This document shows, piece after piece, positions 10,901 through 27,011 of a stretch of 64,000 nt of DNA; the first letter of the stretch is position 1; every line of letters starts with the position of its first letter. The notes below the pieces were generated by a model. That model was not told the DNA's origin, did no database searches, and saw nothing but the letters and a program-made list of their open reading frames with translations. The DNA is taken from positions 1-64,000 of the forward strand of contig RHPI01000772.1 in NCBI GenBank assembly GCA_009103225.1, read 5' to 3'. Source of the stretch: Chlorokybus atmophyticus. Taxonomy: Eukaryota > Plantae > Mesostigma and Chlorokybus algae. A program made the position numbers and the translations under genes.

Positions 10901-11871
10901 GTGTGGGTTCCGGCAGCGTGTGGTATCTGGAGGTGGTAGGGGCAAGATGCGATCATCGCGTGCCACGCGCGTGGTGCGTTGCCCCCCTAGTCCGTACGCA
11001 ATAGTGGTGGGCTCCACGTTGCGTAGAATCGACGCCCAGGCGCGTCCTGCTTGTGGCCCGCGTGGCACTTGCTGTGTGACGTCCAATACTGGTGGCGGTG
11101 CCGTCCGAACCTCAGGAAGTGGTGCGGTGGGTATGGCAGCACTACTGGAGGCGATGGTGGTGGCACCTGCCGCAGTCGTCGTTACTGAGGTGGCGGCTGT
11201 GAGGGTGGCAGCAGTCGCGGTTGATGTGGTCGCTTCGATGGAGGCAGGAGTGGTGGATTCACCACTTACGAACCCAACGACCATGGTTGCTGCGGCGTGG
11301 GTGCTCTCCATCACCGGGAACAGCGTGGTGCCAAGAGTGCTGACACTTGCTGTCGTGGTCGGTGTGGACGCCGACGGTGTCGTCGACGGCGTCGTCCCAG
11401 CGGTGGTTGTGGCCACCGAGGCAGCACCACTTGTGGCGTCCGACGATGCCGCTGTTGACGACGCGCCAGCTTCCCTGCGCGCCCGTCTGGATGGTTGTAC
11501 GCGTGACGGCGTGGGGGTGTCCCTATCCCGTTTCGGTGCCATCAATGCCCACCTAGCAGCATAGCAGGCTTGATAGTCCTGCTCCTTGTTTTCCTCCAGC
11601 TGTGCCACGCGCGCCATCAGGGCTGCCACTTGGTCAATAACCGGTGGATTGGTTGGTGCCTTTACAGCAGCAGCTCCAGCGCGAGGACGTCCCTCAAGTC
11701 CTTTGTGCTGTGGAGGGCGGTTTTTCCCTCTATAGCCAGCTTCTTCCTTGCGGGCGCCAGCGTTGTTGTTGTGGTTGGGGTTGTGGCCACCAGCGTTGTT
11801 GCCGTTGTTGCGACCACCAGCGTTGTTGCTGTTGTTGTAGCCGCCATCGTGGTTGCTGTTGTTGTAGCCCC

Positions 11872-11902
<31 letters not shown>

Positions 11903-13360
11903 GCCGCGGTAGCCAACAGCGTTGTTGCCGTCGTTGTAGCCAACAGGGGGCCGCAGCTCAGGGAACTGAAGCCAGCATACTGTCTCCAAGTGTCCCGTCT
12001 TGTGGCAGTGGTCGCACACAAGGTTGCCGTAATCTTCGGTGCACTCCTTTTGGTAGTGGCCATGTCGACCACACCGGTGGCACAGCACCGGAGCCACAAG
12101 GGCAGCATGAGCTAACCGTTTATCCTTGTTATGGATGCCTTGCGGCTCCCGGCTGCGGTCCCGCCGAAGAGGCTCTGCACTTGTGCCTGCCATAGGCCGT
12201 GAGGCACTGCGGTTGGTGTCCAGCACCGCTTTCTCATACACTGCGCGCTTATGGATGGCTTGTGCAGTCTCGAAAGCTTCCTTGAGGGTGTAGCCGAGGG
12301 GCCTGCTGTAGTTCAGCGTCAGGCGTGTCGACTCGCTCAGAGCAGCATCCAACTCATTGACGTATATCACTGCAGCAGCCTCCTCACTGACAATCCTGTA
12401 GTCAGTGTCCTTCAGCAGACCTTCCAGTCTGGAGTACAAGCGGAGGGGATCCTNAAAACGCCTCAACTCTTCCACCTTGCTGTTGGTTTGAGGTGGGAAG
12501 GTGCGCCGGAGTGCGGCGTAGAGGTCCTTCAACGGGGAGTCCGACATGGCCGCGCCCACCGTGAGCGCGGGTGCCCGCAACGCCACTGAGCCGAGGGTGA
12601 AAACACTGCCTCCCGCTGGAGCACACGAGTTCGGTGTTGGTAGCAGGGGCGTACCCATTTCCAATGCTGCAGCTTGCTGCTCCTCTTGTTGCTCCTTGAT
12701 GATGGCAGCGGTGCGGTTGAGTATCCTGATCCGGCGCTCGGCCTTCTTGCTTTCGATCTCTGCAGGAGTCAATGAGGCCACTACCACCTCAACTTCTTCA
12801 TTCTCTGCCTTCTCCATGGCTGCAGCTAGAGTAAGACCCGTGACTGAGGCGGGCGGGGCCGCTGCTACAGGAACAGTAACCGATGGGCTGTGCAGTGACG
12901 TGGCGGCTGTTGTGCTGGCCAACTCGCCATAGCCATCAACCTTGTGCAACTCAGCGACGGACTTCCACACATCATGTGCTTCATGATCAAGGTATTGAGC
13001 GGACACATGAAACGATACCTCGTCTGTCCAGTCCTTGCTCTTGAGGGCTTGCTGCCGCATCTTGGAGTGGAACTTGATGATGAACTCGTCAAGTGAGGTG
13101 GTGCCAGGGCGTCCGGAGAAGCGTAGGGAGTTGGTTGAGCTGGAAGGCTCCATCTCTTCGTCGTCACTGTCCGACGGTGGTGGAGATGCTCGTTGACGAG
13201 GAGTGGAGTGAGAGGAGGTGAAGCCGGAGACGGGGCGTGAGCCTCTGCTGCTACGGTAATCGCTCCCTTCACTTGCGCGCTCGTAGGTAAGGTTGGAGGT
13301 TGGGCTCCAGCTGTTGGGGTCCCCTTCTTCTATTGGCGAGAAAGGGGTGGGCCTGCTCAT
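10889..13360 (-). CDS. gag: gag-like ORF with two CCHC zinc knuckles, an Asn-rich tract and a Thr/Ala-rich tail
   Basis: CHRCGRHGHYQKEC and CDHCHKTGHLETVC; (AAC)n-encoded poly-Asn; a single N at 12454 may hide missing sequence. Confidence 0.85.
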
Positions 13361-14177
13361 ACAGCTGATGCGATGGTGAAAGTGGATGAAGGGTAGAGTG
13401 TTTGTGCTCTACAATGGGATCTCCAGTGCTGCTATCACCCAACACACTAGCGCTTGTGCGCGCTATGCGATGACGGTGACAACACTGCACTGTGATGTGT
13501 ACAACTACAGATTGCGATGCTGATGTACAGCCTGCAACTACACTCACTTGAGCAAAGAGGGTGACACTGTAAGTCAACAAGCCACTACTATAGGTAGNNN
13601 NNNNNNNNNNNNNNNNNNNNNNNNNNNNNNNNNNNNNNNNNNNNNNNNNNNNNNNNNNNNNNNNNNNNNNNNNNNNNNNNNNNNNNNNNNNNNNNNNNNN
13701 NNNNNNNNNNNNNNNNNNNNNNNNNNNNNNNNNNNNNNNNNNNNNNNNNNNNNNNNNNNNNNNNNNNNNNNNNNNNNNNNNNNNNNNNNNNNNNNNNNNN
13801 NNNNNNNNNNNNNNNNNNNNNNNNNNNNNNNNNNNNNNNNNNNNNNNNNNNNNNNNNNNNNNNNNNNNNNNNNNNNNNNNNNNNNNNNNNNNNNNNNNNN
13901 NNNNNNNNNNNNNNNNNNNNNNNNNNNNNNNNNNNNNNNNNNNNNNNNNNNNNNNNNNNNNNNNNNNNNNNNNNNNNNNNNNNNNNNNNNNNNNNNNNNN
14001 NNNNNNNNNNNNNNNNNNNNNNNNNNNNNNNNNNNNNNNNNNNNNNNNNNNNNNNNNNNNNNNNNNNNNNNNNNNNNNNNNNNNNNNNNNNNNNNNNNNN
14101 NNNNNNNNNNNNNNNNNNNNNNNNNNNNNNNNNNNNNNNNNNNNNNNNNNNNNNNNNNNNNNNNNNNNNNNNNNNNN

Positions 14178-14784
14178 TGATCAAGGTATTGAGCGGACAC
14201 ATGAAACGATACCTCATCTGTCCAGTCCTTGCTCTTGAGGGCTTGCTGCCGCATCTTGGAGTGGAACTTGATGATGAACTCGTCAAGTGAGGTGGTGCCA
14301 GGGCGTCCGGAGAAGCGTAGGGAGTTGGTTGAGCTGGAAGGCTCCATCTCTTCGTCGTCACTGTCCGACGGTGGTGGAGATGCTCGTTGACGAGGAGTGG
14401 AGTGAGAGGAGGTGAAGCCGGAGACGGGGCGTGAGCCTCTGCTGCTACGGTAATCGCTCCCTTCACTTGCGCGCTCGTAGGTAAGGTTGGGCTCCAGCTG
14501 TTGGGGTCCCCTTCTTCTATTGGCGAGAAAGGGGTGGGCCTGCTCATACAGCTGATGCGATGGTGAAAGTGGATGAAGGGTAGAGTGTTTGTGCTCTACA
14601 ATGGGATCTCCAGTGCTGCTATCACCCAACACACTAGCGCTTGTGCGCGCTATGCGATGACGGTGCCAACACTGCACTGTGATGTGTACAACTACAGCTT
14701 GCGATGCTGATGTACAGCCTGCAACTACACTCACTTGAGCAAAGAGGGTGACACTGTAAGTCAACAAGCCACTACTATAGGTAG
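14178..14784 (-). repeat. Near-identical duplicate of 12984-13597 (gag 5' end, leader, start of block A) across the N gap
   Basis: Same text with a few substitutions and a 7-bp deletion (AGGTTGG) that shifts the gag frame; suggests a sister copy or two unmerged contig ends. Confidence 0.85.
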
Positions 14785-15362
14785 TGCTGTTTACACAGTT
14801 CTTTGCGTGAGTGGGAGAGAAATTACACTGTTAAGTGAGGTGAATGAGCAAGCAACACGTGGATGCTATGCCCTGACTGATGCCAACAAGCACACCGCGA
14901 CCAAGTACACAAAGCTCACAGCGAGGACAAGCACAGTGCACAAGAACATGCACAGGCTCTCACATGGTGAGGGGATTCTTGGGAACCAGGACGGTGTGTT
15001 CGCAGTTCAAGTCGCTTCACAAGCTCTTAGCTTTCTCACTTACAGTGTCACCAGCTGATCCGGTGAACACTGTGCCTACTTATACAAGTCAACTCATGAC
15101 TGTTCAGAACATAAGCTAACGGTCATATCGAGGCTATTTCAACAGGAAATGCCCACTCGATATAGAACCGGACTTATAACTGAACTCACAACTGAACAGC
15201 TACGCGCGGTGCCTATGCAGGCTATGGTCACGAGCTACTCTAGGGACATGACCTAGCTACTGGTCAGAGGCGCGCGCGGGTTGCCATGCTGGTAAGCCGG
15301 GCGAGGGTCTCGCCGTAGGCATGCTTAATGACGACTGGCATGCTTGGGCGATAGGCATGACA
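14755..15362 (-). repeat. 5' LTR-like block A1 (608 bp, TG...CA)
   Basis: Minus strand TGTCATG...GACTTACA; TATAAGTA at 15084-15077; followed by GTGTCACC, complementary to an internal segment of the same block. A partial copy starts at 13568. Confidence 0.92.
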
Positions 15363-17720
15363 GGTCTCCGACTGAGTTCGTGACTCATGAGACGCATGCA
15401 CACGCAAGCAACAATCACGAGCAAGGCAAATGGGCTGAAAACACCTTGAGCGATAATTTACTAAGGATGCATGTGAACAAGCACACATTGGACATGCAAG
15501 AATTTTTATGTGTGGTTCCAGTTTTTAGCTAAGTGAAGCGAGTTTACGTGCTGCAAGCACTCAACAACCGTGCGCTCGTAGATGCTTGCAATTGCCAAAG
15601 CGGTTGTGCAAGGCATGCAAAGTATCGTGTTGTAGAAAATGGTGCAATCCACAGGCAACTAGGCAGTGGCCCCGCCACTGCCTTGAGAGGTATACAACAA
15701 AGGGGTTAAAGGTGTCAACTCTTACAAGTTTCAACTCTTACGCAAGGTAGCGTGCATGCACGCGGTTTGCTTAAGCTTATATGTCATTCGTAAGTCTTTG
15801 ATTGTCGCCGCCGCTTCCGCGATGCAGATGCTGGGGCAGGGGGCATAGGGCGTGCGTAAGAAAAGTGCGTGCCGAGGGTTATCACCGCGACGAACCCATT
15901 AGCGAAGACAAGCGATAACCCAGACTGCTATCCATCATTAATAGATAGCATTTGCTATAAAAAACCTGAAACTTATATATACTTGTATAAAAAAAGTACA
16001 TTATGTATATTACATGTGTGTGTTTGTATTTGCAGTGCATATCCATGATGTGCACATGAGCCAACCATCGGTGACGGTAGGCGATGGAGCTTCCAAGCAA
16101 TCATGGTTATTACATAGCGCGGCGAGTGTTTCAAAGTGGGCGCACAAAGCAAGCGCGTCTTCAGCATAATACCGAATCATGGCGAACACGTCCATCCTCT
16201 TACGGTCCGCAAGATGATGATCCGTGACTCACGGATCGTTATGCCCGTCGAATGCAGTTCCGGAGTTAAACAGCCGTAAAAGCCGGCAGGCTGCTTGTTG
16301 CTTTTTTGCTGGCAGGGCAACTGGAAAAGCATGCATAGGGCGCCTTTTCGTAGGCCTAGCGCCTTTCGTACCAAAACCTGTGGCAGTCAGAGACGGACGG
16401 CGTGCCTCAGAGCACTTCCGTTATCGACACGTGTACATCTGTGCGCGGCTGTGGCTCAAGGGCCTCTGGGAGTTCAGAGTCCAGATCTGAACCAGGCCAG
16501 CTTGCCGTTAGCAGATTCTGTGGTAACGTGCCATTTTGCAAGTGGCAACGCTGCAGTCGACCAATGCCTCCCAGACCGGGTCTGAATCTCGGTGGCCATG
16601 CTGTTCAGGTACACTGTGTGTTTAACGCCACAGCGCAACTGTCAGGGCCATGACTCATGAATCGCCGGATTCTGGATGTGTTGGGGACACCACAAGCTCC
16701 GGTCGCAGGGAAGGGGAAATTACACTGTTTCTTGTTTAGTTTTGCGGAATTAGACCGCGGTACCACGCCAGAGGAAAAGCTGCTGCGCGTCGGATGACAA
16801 AATGCTCAAGTTGCGCAACCCGCACGTGTACTACGCGGTTACCGCGTCGCTCAAGTACAGTATAGTCCGGAATCCAGATCAGCGGTCCGACAACTCGCCC
16901 AACACAGCTCGCCCAGAACTGCCCGGTGGCGATTCCCTTTTCCGGTCTTTTGCTTCGGCTTTCGGCCCGCCAACATCTCATAAGTCTGCAACGGTCACAT
17001 AGTGTGTAGATTCGTATTGTGGTGCCGGCAAGATGCTGGCAGATTTCGGCCTGCAGTGCCCCATAACGGCTCGACTTACCGGTCCATGGTTTGTGGCTGA
17101 ACAGCTCGGCAACAATGCAATGCAGAGAATAACAGCCAACCGGCACAATCAGCTTGCCGGTCAAGTATACAGACCAACGCGTCGCAGCTGGTTGTGCAAC
17201 GTGGTTCCAGCGGAAAACGTTTCAGGTTAACAACTGACCGGCAACGGGTCAGGGCGGTACGTATATCGTAACGGCTGCCCTGGGCAGTTCTTCGATATCG
17301 CGCCTTCTGTTGGCAAAACCTACGGTCGGCTTCTTGAACTTGACGGAGGTTAGGAGCAAACTGTCCGTTTTACAACAAGCCGGCGGCCGAAGGGCAAATT
17401 ACGCTGTCTGCCTGTCAATTCGACACATTGCGCCCGCTGGAAGTGTTGCTTATTACCCGCAGCTCCCTCACACCAGCGCCAACGTTCCAGCTGGCAGCGC
17501 TGTGGTAGGCCATAAGTGCTCTTGTGTTACATTGTTGTAATACAGGGAGGCACTGTAGGTGACAGCCACCACCGTCGCCTGCGGGTGTCAGAGTTGCGGG
17601 CGCGTGTGGGCAGCGGGTGTACTGGTGTTCTTTCCGGGCGCCGCCGCCGGCTGCGCGTTCTTGTGTGCCGCCTTCGAGTGCATGCGCAACGGTGTGGAGG
17701 CGAGCTGAGCGTGCACAAGC

Positions 17721-21645
<3,925 letters not shown>

Positions 21646-23836
21646 GTGAAGTCCAGAACTGTACATTGTGTGTACAGAATCAATGCCGTTTCGCTTCTTC
21701 TAGTGCTGCTTACGCACCGTTGGTCCCTGTCTTCACCTGACAGGAATGTACGCTGTGTCGTTGGGCTGTAGGTACATCTTACTAGGTCTATGTACTTAGC
21801 ACGTATTGGCAGAACCCTGTGGGTTGGTCAATAAATATTTCCTTTAGGCATTCCGGTCTTGCAGAGTTGATCTATTTGTGATGATTGGAGAATACGAAGC
21901 TGAATGTGATATTGTTGGCTTTGCGCTGTTGAACTGTGTAGTGCATACCCGTGCACGTATAAGTGTATTGCATGTATAATGTAGGGAATGTGATATGCAT
22001 GAAAGTGTAAGACATGCAACACAACCAACACACTACAGCTCTCATTATTTACACTCACCACAGCGCATTCTACATACTCACTACCTAACTTTACTAGCAG
22101 CCCAACCCCGTTAAACATGCAATTGCATGCACACGCTTTTGCTTGATGCCTGCACACCGCCGCCACCTTCGCCCTTCTGCTGCCGCCCTGTCCACTGTCG
22201 CCTTGGGATATGGTTAGTACACGCAAGCATGCATGTATGGCAAGCTCGAGATCTCTCTCGTACGTCATAGCTGTGTGAGATTATGTATGCGTACACCGTA
22301 GGGGTTTTGCACATGCAATTCACAGCCTAAAACATGGCCAAAACTGCTTGAACCTTATCACCTAGGGCATAGTGACTGGACTATGCTCGGACTAGCCTAC
22401 AACACATTCATGTAGGATATAATCATGTAGTTAGATACTTAACGCCAAGTACCATTAACAATGACAGAAGCGCCAACATGCGTGCGTGTTAACCAAAATT
22501 ACCATATCTTGATTGGATACCCTTACATTTANNNNNNNNNNNNNNNNNNNNNNNNNNNNNNNNNNNNNNNNNNNNNNNNNNNNNNNNNNNNNNNNNNNNN
22601 NNNNNNNNNNNNNNNNNNNNNNNNNNNNNNNNNNNNNNNNNNNNNNNNNNNNNNNNNNNNNNNNNNNNNNNNNNNNNNNNNNNNNNNNNNNNNNNNNNNN
22701 NNNNNNNNNNNNNNNNNNNNNNNNNNNNNNNNNNNNNNNNNNNNNNNNNNNNNNNNNNNCCCCCCCCTTGCTTCGCTCCGGCGTGTGGAATTCCCACAAT
22801 TGTCACGTAGGGTCATCGTGCCGCGTCACATACACATAATAGGCGTGAGCTATGCTGCTATAAGAGTAATCCTTTCAAAAGACAAGCTTCCCTCAAGGAC
22901 TGACCCCATCTTACTTGCATGAAAGTTGATGTTCAAGAGCAAACCCAAAGTCTGTGAGCAAGTATGCAAGTAACAGTCACAAGCCTTGTGTGGATACAAC
23001 CACTAGGGGTCTACTTTTTGTACCAAGTGGACAACAACTTGGTATAAAAAGTAGACTTATCCATACAGGGAATTGTTGGTTGGTTGGTTATTACTTGATG
23101 CTTGCCACATCCTAACGCCCCTCCCTGGTTGGAGCAGATAGTGCATGTAGTGCACATAGTTGAAAAATCCATGTTATAATTGAAATATCGCTAGTGCGTG
23201 ACTTTGTAACGGTTTGATTGCTGCTTGTCATGCTGCTTGTTGTGCTTTTAAACTGCTTCTTTGCCCTATGGCTTATGCAAAGAAAGAGGGCAGGCAGATG
23301 AAGAGCCCCAATCTACTAGCAGCATGCTCATTGCCATTTGCTTGGCCCTCATCAGTTCCGCAAGTTTTCAACTTTCAAAGCCCCGACCGGTCCTTATGCG
23401 CCCGCTTACTCTAGGCCTAAGGTTAGGCATTATCATTAACAAATGTCGTTGTGTATGCAACCATTATGACTTGTGGCCCTACTATGCAATTAGCGGTGCG
23501 GCTGATTGGGCGTGGGCCGGCCGGCATTAGGGCACAAGACACATCACACGGGCACCACGCACGACGGCCCCGTGACATACGGCACCCGCGACTGCCGGGC
23601 GACATTGCAGCACAGCATATGGCGTCACTTGATCAAATATTGTATAATGTGCTAGCATACGGCATCATATGTCGCGATATGCTCAACAGCATATGTTGGA
23701 TATCACACATATGGTATCCTGCGTGGAATGCGCTTCAGTTCAGGTCAATCAAACATGATTTTCGGTTCCGTCAAATTAACTAAGGTTATCCGTCACTTTT
23801 TAACTGAACTCTGCCAATCAGACACTTACGACATGC

Positions 23837-23973
23837 CATGCGACATCGCACCATACCGTTCCATATCATAATTTGTGGTGTCACAGCCAAAATATGCCGG
23901 CATATGATGTCATGTGACGTAATATGGCGCGGCGTCGCTGGACATCGTGAGTTCCCTGTGCAACATGTTAACA
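23837..23973 (+). repeat. Left arm of an imperfect inverted repeat
   Basis: Aligns with the reverse complement of 26359-26506; shared blocks CATGCGAC, TTCCATATCATA, TGGTGTCACAGC, CATATGATGTCAT, GTGAGTTCCCTGTGC, ATGTTAACA. Confidence 0.8.
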
Positions 23974-24175
23974 GAGATTAAGTCAAACTGTGATTCGTGC
24001 GTAATGTGTCCTGCGTATGATGGGATATCATACGCGCCCGGACGATATGATCGATGACTACCACGGCCCGGAAACCAAGTCGCATGCAAGCTCTTGGACA
24101 GCAGTGACGCCAAGATTGTTGAGCTTAGCGGCCGCGTTTTCGTTTGTGCATTGCGTCGTCTTCTTTCTCAGGTCC

Positions 24176-26328
24176 ATGGCGGGTCCCCGACGTGTTGCCA
24201 CCTTCGAAAATTATTTCGTCCGTTGCATCTACGGCTGCAACCTCATGTGCATACACAAAGGCTGGATTGCCAGAGTGGGAGTGCAAAACTTCAGGTCTCA
24301 CCTTACTAGCGGTGTCCACAAGGACGCCTTCAATGCATTAACACGCCAACAGCAAGACGACTTGCTGAAGTACTGGTTGGATCTGGTGAGTCCTGCATGG
24401 TAGCATGCATTGTTGTGCATGTTTGAATAGTAAACTGTTCCACAGCTTGAGAGTTTAACAATGCGCAATGTCACTGTCAATTTATCTTGAGTGCATATTG
24501 CTGTCTGCATGATGGCACATGGGATGGACTTATGTGGGATTGTAATCATCTATGTACTTGTTGCCACTTAGGGTCGGGCTGCAGTGGCACGACACAACTT
24601 CAATCCTACTGTGGGTGCCTTTATGCCAGTTGCTGGAACGTGGCCTTTGCAGCAAACAACCCCCCTGCCACCGTCGCTGCATGATGTTCTGCACCCTGTT
24701 GAAATCTTATACGATCCTAATCTTATTGAAGACACGAATGCCAGTGCCTTAACGGTGCCCACAGGTATGTAACTGCTTCGTGGTGACATTAACAGTTTCA
24801 TTCAATGCATGTATCCCAACAGGTCTTCGTATGACTCCGTCTAAGCGCCGTAGGAACTTGTCTATGGCGCCCGATACTCCCACCACGTCTTATGTCACTG
24901 ACGCTGAAACAAGTGATCAATGTCATCGTTGCAGAGGTTCCCACCTGATCCGTGAACTATATGACGCAGGGGAAGCAATGCGGTTGCCAACTCACCAATT
25001 TACACATGAGCTTATGCGTGCTGCTATTGACACCTTCAGTGGCCACCTGACTCGTGAAGTACAAAACAACGCTCGTTTACAAAACGAAAGTAAGGGAAAT
25101 TGTGCCATTGTTCTGACACACACTGATGGCATTGTTGGCAGATTTCAAAGTAGTTGACGAGAACACAGTCCTTCGCGAGCGTAACCTGAAGCAAGCAGAG
25201 CAGCTACGCCACAACCAGATAGAGCCTGATCCCCAGATCGCTGCCAAGCTGATGAAAATGATCAGTGAAATCAATGGTCTGCGTGCAGGCCATGCTGCTG
25301 CAGAACAACGCTCTGCTGACCTGGAGCGTGCATTACACGAAGAGCGTGCTGAGCACGTTAAAATGACAGAAAGTGTCAAAAACGCAGACGCAGCAAGCAT
25401 TGTGGGTTTAGGCAAGCAGCTGACAGAAGTTCAGCGCAGGGCCACACAGTTGCAGCAACACGATGAGCATAATGATGCAGAATTGGCGCGGCTGCAATGC
25501 CAGATTGGAGAAGCCAACCAGACAATTGCTGCACCCAAAAAAAAGGTGTGTGTTTCTGCACTGTTAGATTTTTCAGCAACTTACTTTCTGTTGTAGATCT
25601 CAGAGTTGACAAGCGGCTTGCGTCTTCCAACGGCAAACTGGCAATTTTGTGAGCGTGTTGAACCCAATGGCGTGCAATTCGAGAGCTTCCAGCAGGAACT
25701 GGAAGTCACCAGAAAGGAGTTGGATAGCTTGGCAAAATACATGTTGAAAGAGATCGACCTTGACGGACAAGTACTGAACAATTACAATTATTATTATCAA
25801 CAAATGCAACACTTTGGTGTTCATTGGTTGGTGTGCCAGGTATCGCTTCTCAATCGCAGAGATGTCAAAAGGCAGCTGCAACTGCAACTATACCAAACAC
25901 TCTGGGAGAAGCTTTGTACCTACCTCTGCACAGTTGCCGCGTTGCTGCGTGAAGCAGCAACAACCGAAGAAATGCAGCAACATGTGTGCCAGGACTACAA
26001 GGGCAAGCACGTGGTAGACAGTGAAGACAACACATGCGGGATCTGCTGCGAGCAAAAGCCAGTGGAAGTGTTGTTATCAATGCCATGTTGCGGAGCTACA
26101 CTGTGCCGTCAGTGCTTGAAAAAGCTGCGCACAGGATCTCACCCTCAAGTTGAGTGTCCTTTCTGCCGCCGTTTTCAACTTATTTTTATGCAGCGCCCAC
26201 CACGTGGTGCAGAGCTCCCCGATTTCCCTGTATATGAACTCAGCAGCAGTGACGATGATGAGGATGTTGACACACACAATACCGGTGCTGCTGGCGCTGG
26301 GCCTTCGCAGCCACCCCCCCCTGAGTAG
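24176..26328 (+). CDS. Five-exon gene: N-terminal C2H2-like zinc finger, coiled coil, C-terminal RING-like domain (601 aa)
   Basis: Exons 24176-24385, 24572-24764, 24823-25089, 25142-25545, 25597-26328 have GT-AG sites, consistent phases and no stops. C-x3-C...HLTSGVH; PSKRRR; CGIC...PCC...CRQC...CPFC. Confidence 0.8.
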
Positions 26329-26358
26329 ACCTGTATCATGGAACCCGCTTTGCTCGTG

Positions 26359-26506
26359 TGTTAACATAACGCACAGGGAACTCACAATGTCCATTGACGT
26401 CGCGCGACATTCTGCCATAACATGCCATATGACATCATATGTTGGCATATCAATCGCTGTGACACCATATGCTATGATATGGAATGGTATGGGGCAGTGT
26501 CGCATG
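26359..26506 (-). repeat. Right arm of the imperfect inverted repeat
   Basis: Reverse-complement match to 23837-23973. Confidence 0.8.
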
Positions 26507-26648
26507 ACGTGAGCTCTTGCACACGTAGCATACGTACATTTATAAAGCTCACCACCAATATGCACCCACCGTATCATATCGACACCAAAGCATGGTGTCA
26601 CACAAACTGTCCAACACACATGGTGACCTACTCAAACAACAGCCAGTT

Positions 26649-27011
26649 TCACTCTTTTTTCTTTTTCTTATTGCCAAAACCACTACCACTACGTCGGCGC
26701 GCCCAAAATGCTTTGAACCTTGCTGGGTTGCCTTCATCCATATTGTAACCTTTGCACCCTCGAGAGTCGTATTGGGCGATATGCATACCTTCTAACCAAT
26801 CTATTCGCGCCTTGCAATGTCCTTCATCTAATACTTCCAATTGCACTTGCTCTTCAAAAGGTTTACTGCTATCTAAGTCAGGCAACATTTTCTTAGGCGG
26901 GTGTCTACGATGTTCCTTATAACGTCGACCTGGGTGGTTACTTTGACCGATATATACTTTCTGTGTTGCCACATGCGTCAACTTGTAGATAAACTTCACA
27001 CCTGTGTTTAT
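26649..27011 (-). CDS. GIY-YIG endonuclease ORF; start codon appears mutated (ATA), or it is an internal exon
   Basis: FIYKLT...VYIGQS, conserved R and H (RRYKEH), E (WLE) and GYN; basic C-terminus. Confidence 0.8.
   Translation of the reverse strand: MNTGVKFIYKLTHVATQKVYIGQSNHPGRRYKEHRRHPPKKMLPDLDSSKPFEEQVQLEVLDEGHCKARIDWLEGMHIAQYDSRGCKGYNMDEGNPARFKAFWARRRSGSGFGNKKKKKE

Larger units (their letters stand above)
2617..15362 (-). mobile_element. Ty3/Gypsy-type retrotransposon carrying a DNMT3-like methyltransferase and a PHD finger, with split direct terminal repeats; degenerate
   Basis: gag with two CCHC knuckles; PR, RT (YIDD), RNase H and HHCC/DDE integrase in Gypsy order; repeated terminal blocks. 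Spans an N gap, so the right end may belong to a sister copy. Confidence 0.93.

Noticed and set aside
10899-12932. Plus-strand Val/Ala/Cys-rich ORFs over gag
   Set aside because: Antisense to low-complexity Thr/Asn tracts.
13548-14767. ORFs running through the N gap (likewise at 22455-22922 and 44772-46181)
   Set aside because: Length comes from X codons.
15176-15186. AGTTCAGTTAT on the minus strand in block A, identical to the Tf1 self-primer as I recall it
   Set aside because: No complementary site follows the LTR and it lies upstream of the TATA-like box; treated as coincidence.
2612-15367. Target-site duplication for the Gypsy element
   Set aside because: Flanks GGGGC (2612-2616) and GGTCT (15363-15367) do not match; a 4-bp GGGC/GGTC near-match is weak, and the two ends may come from different copies across the gap.
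23405-23432. GCCTAACCTTAGGC hairpin plus CTAG (minus strand) as a Helitron 3' end
   Set aside because: Stem is only 5 bp, there is no spacer before CTAG, and the next base is A rather than T.
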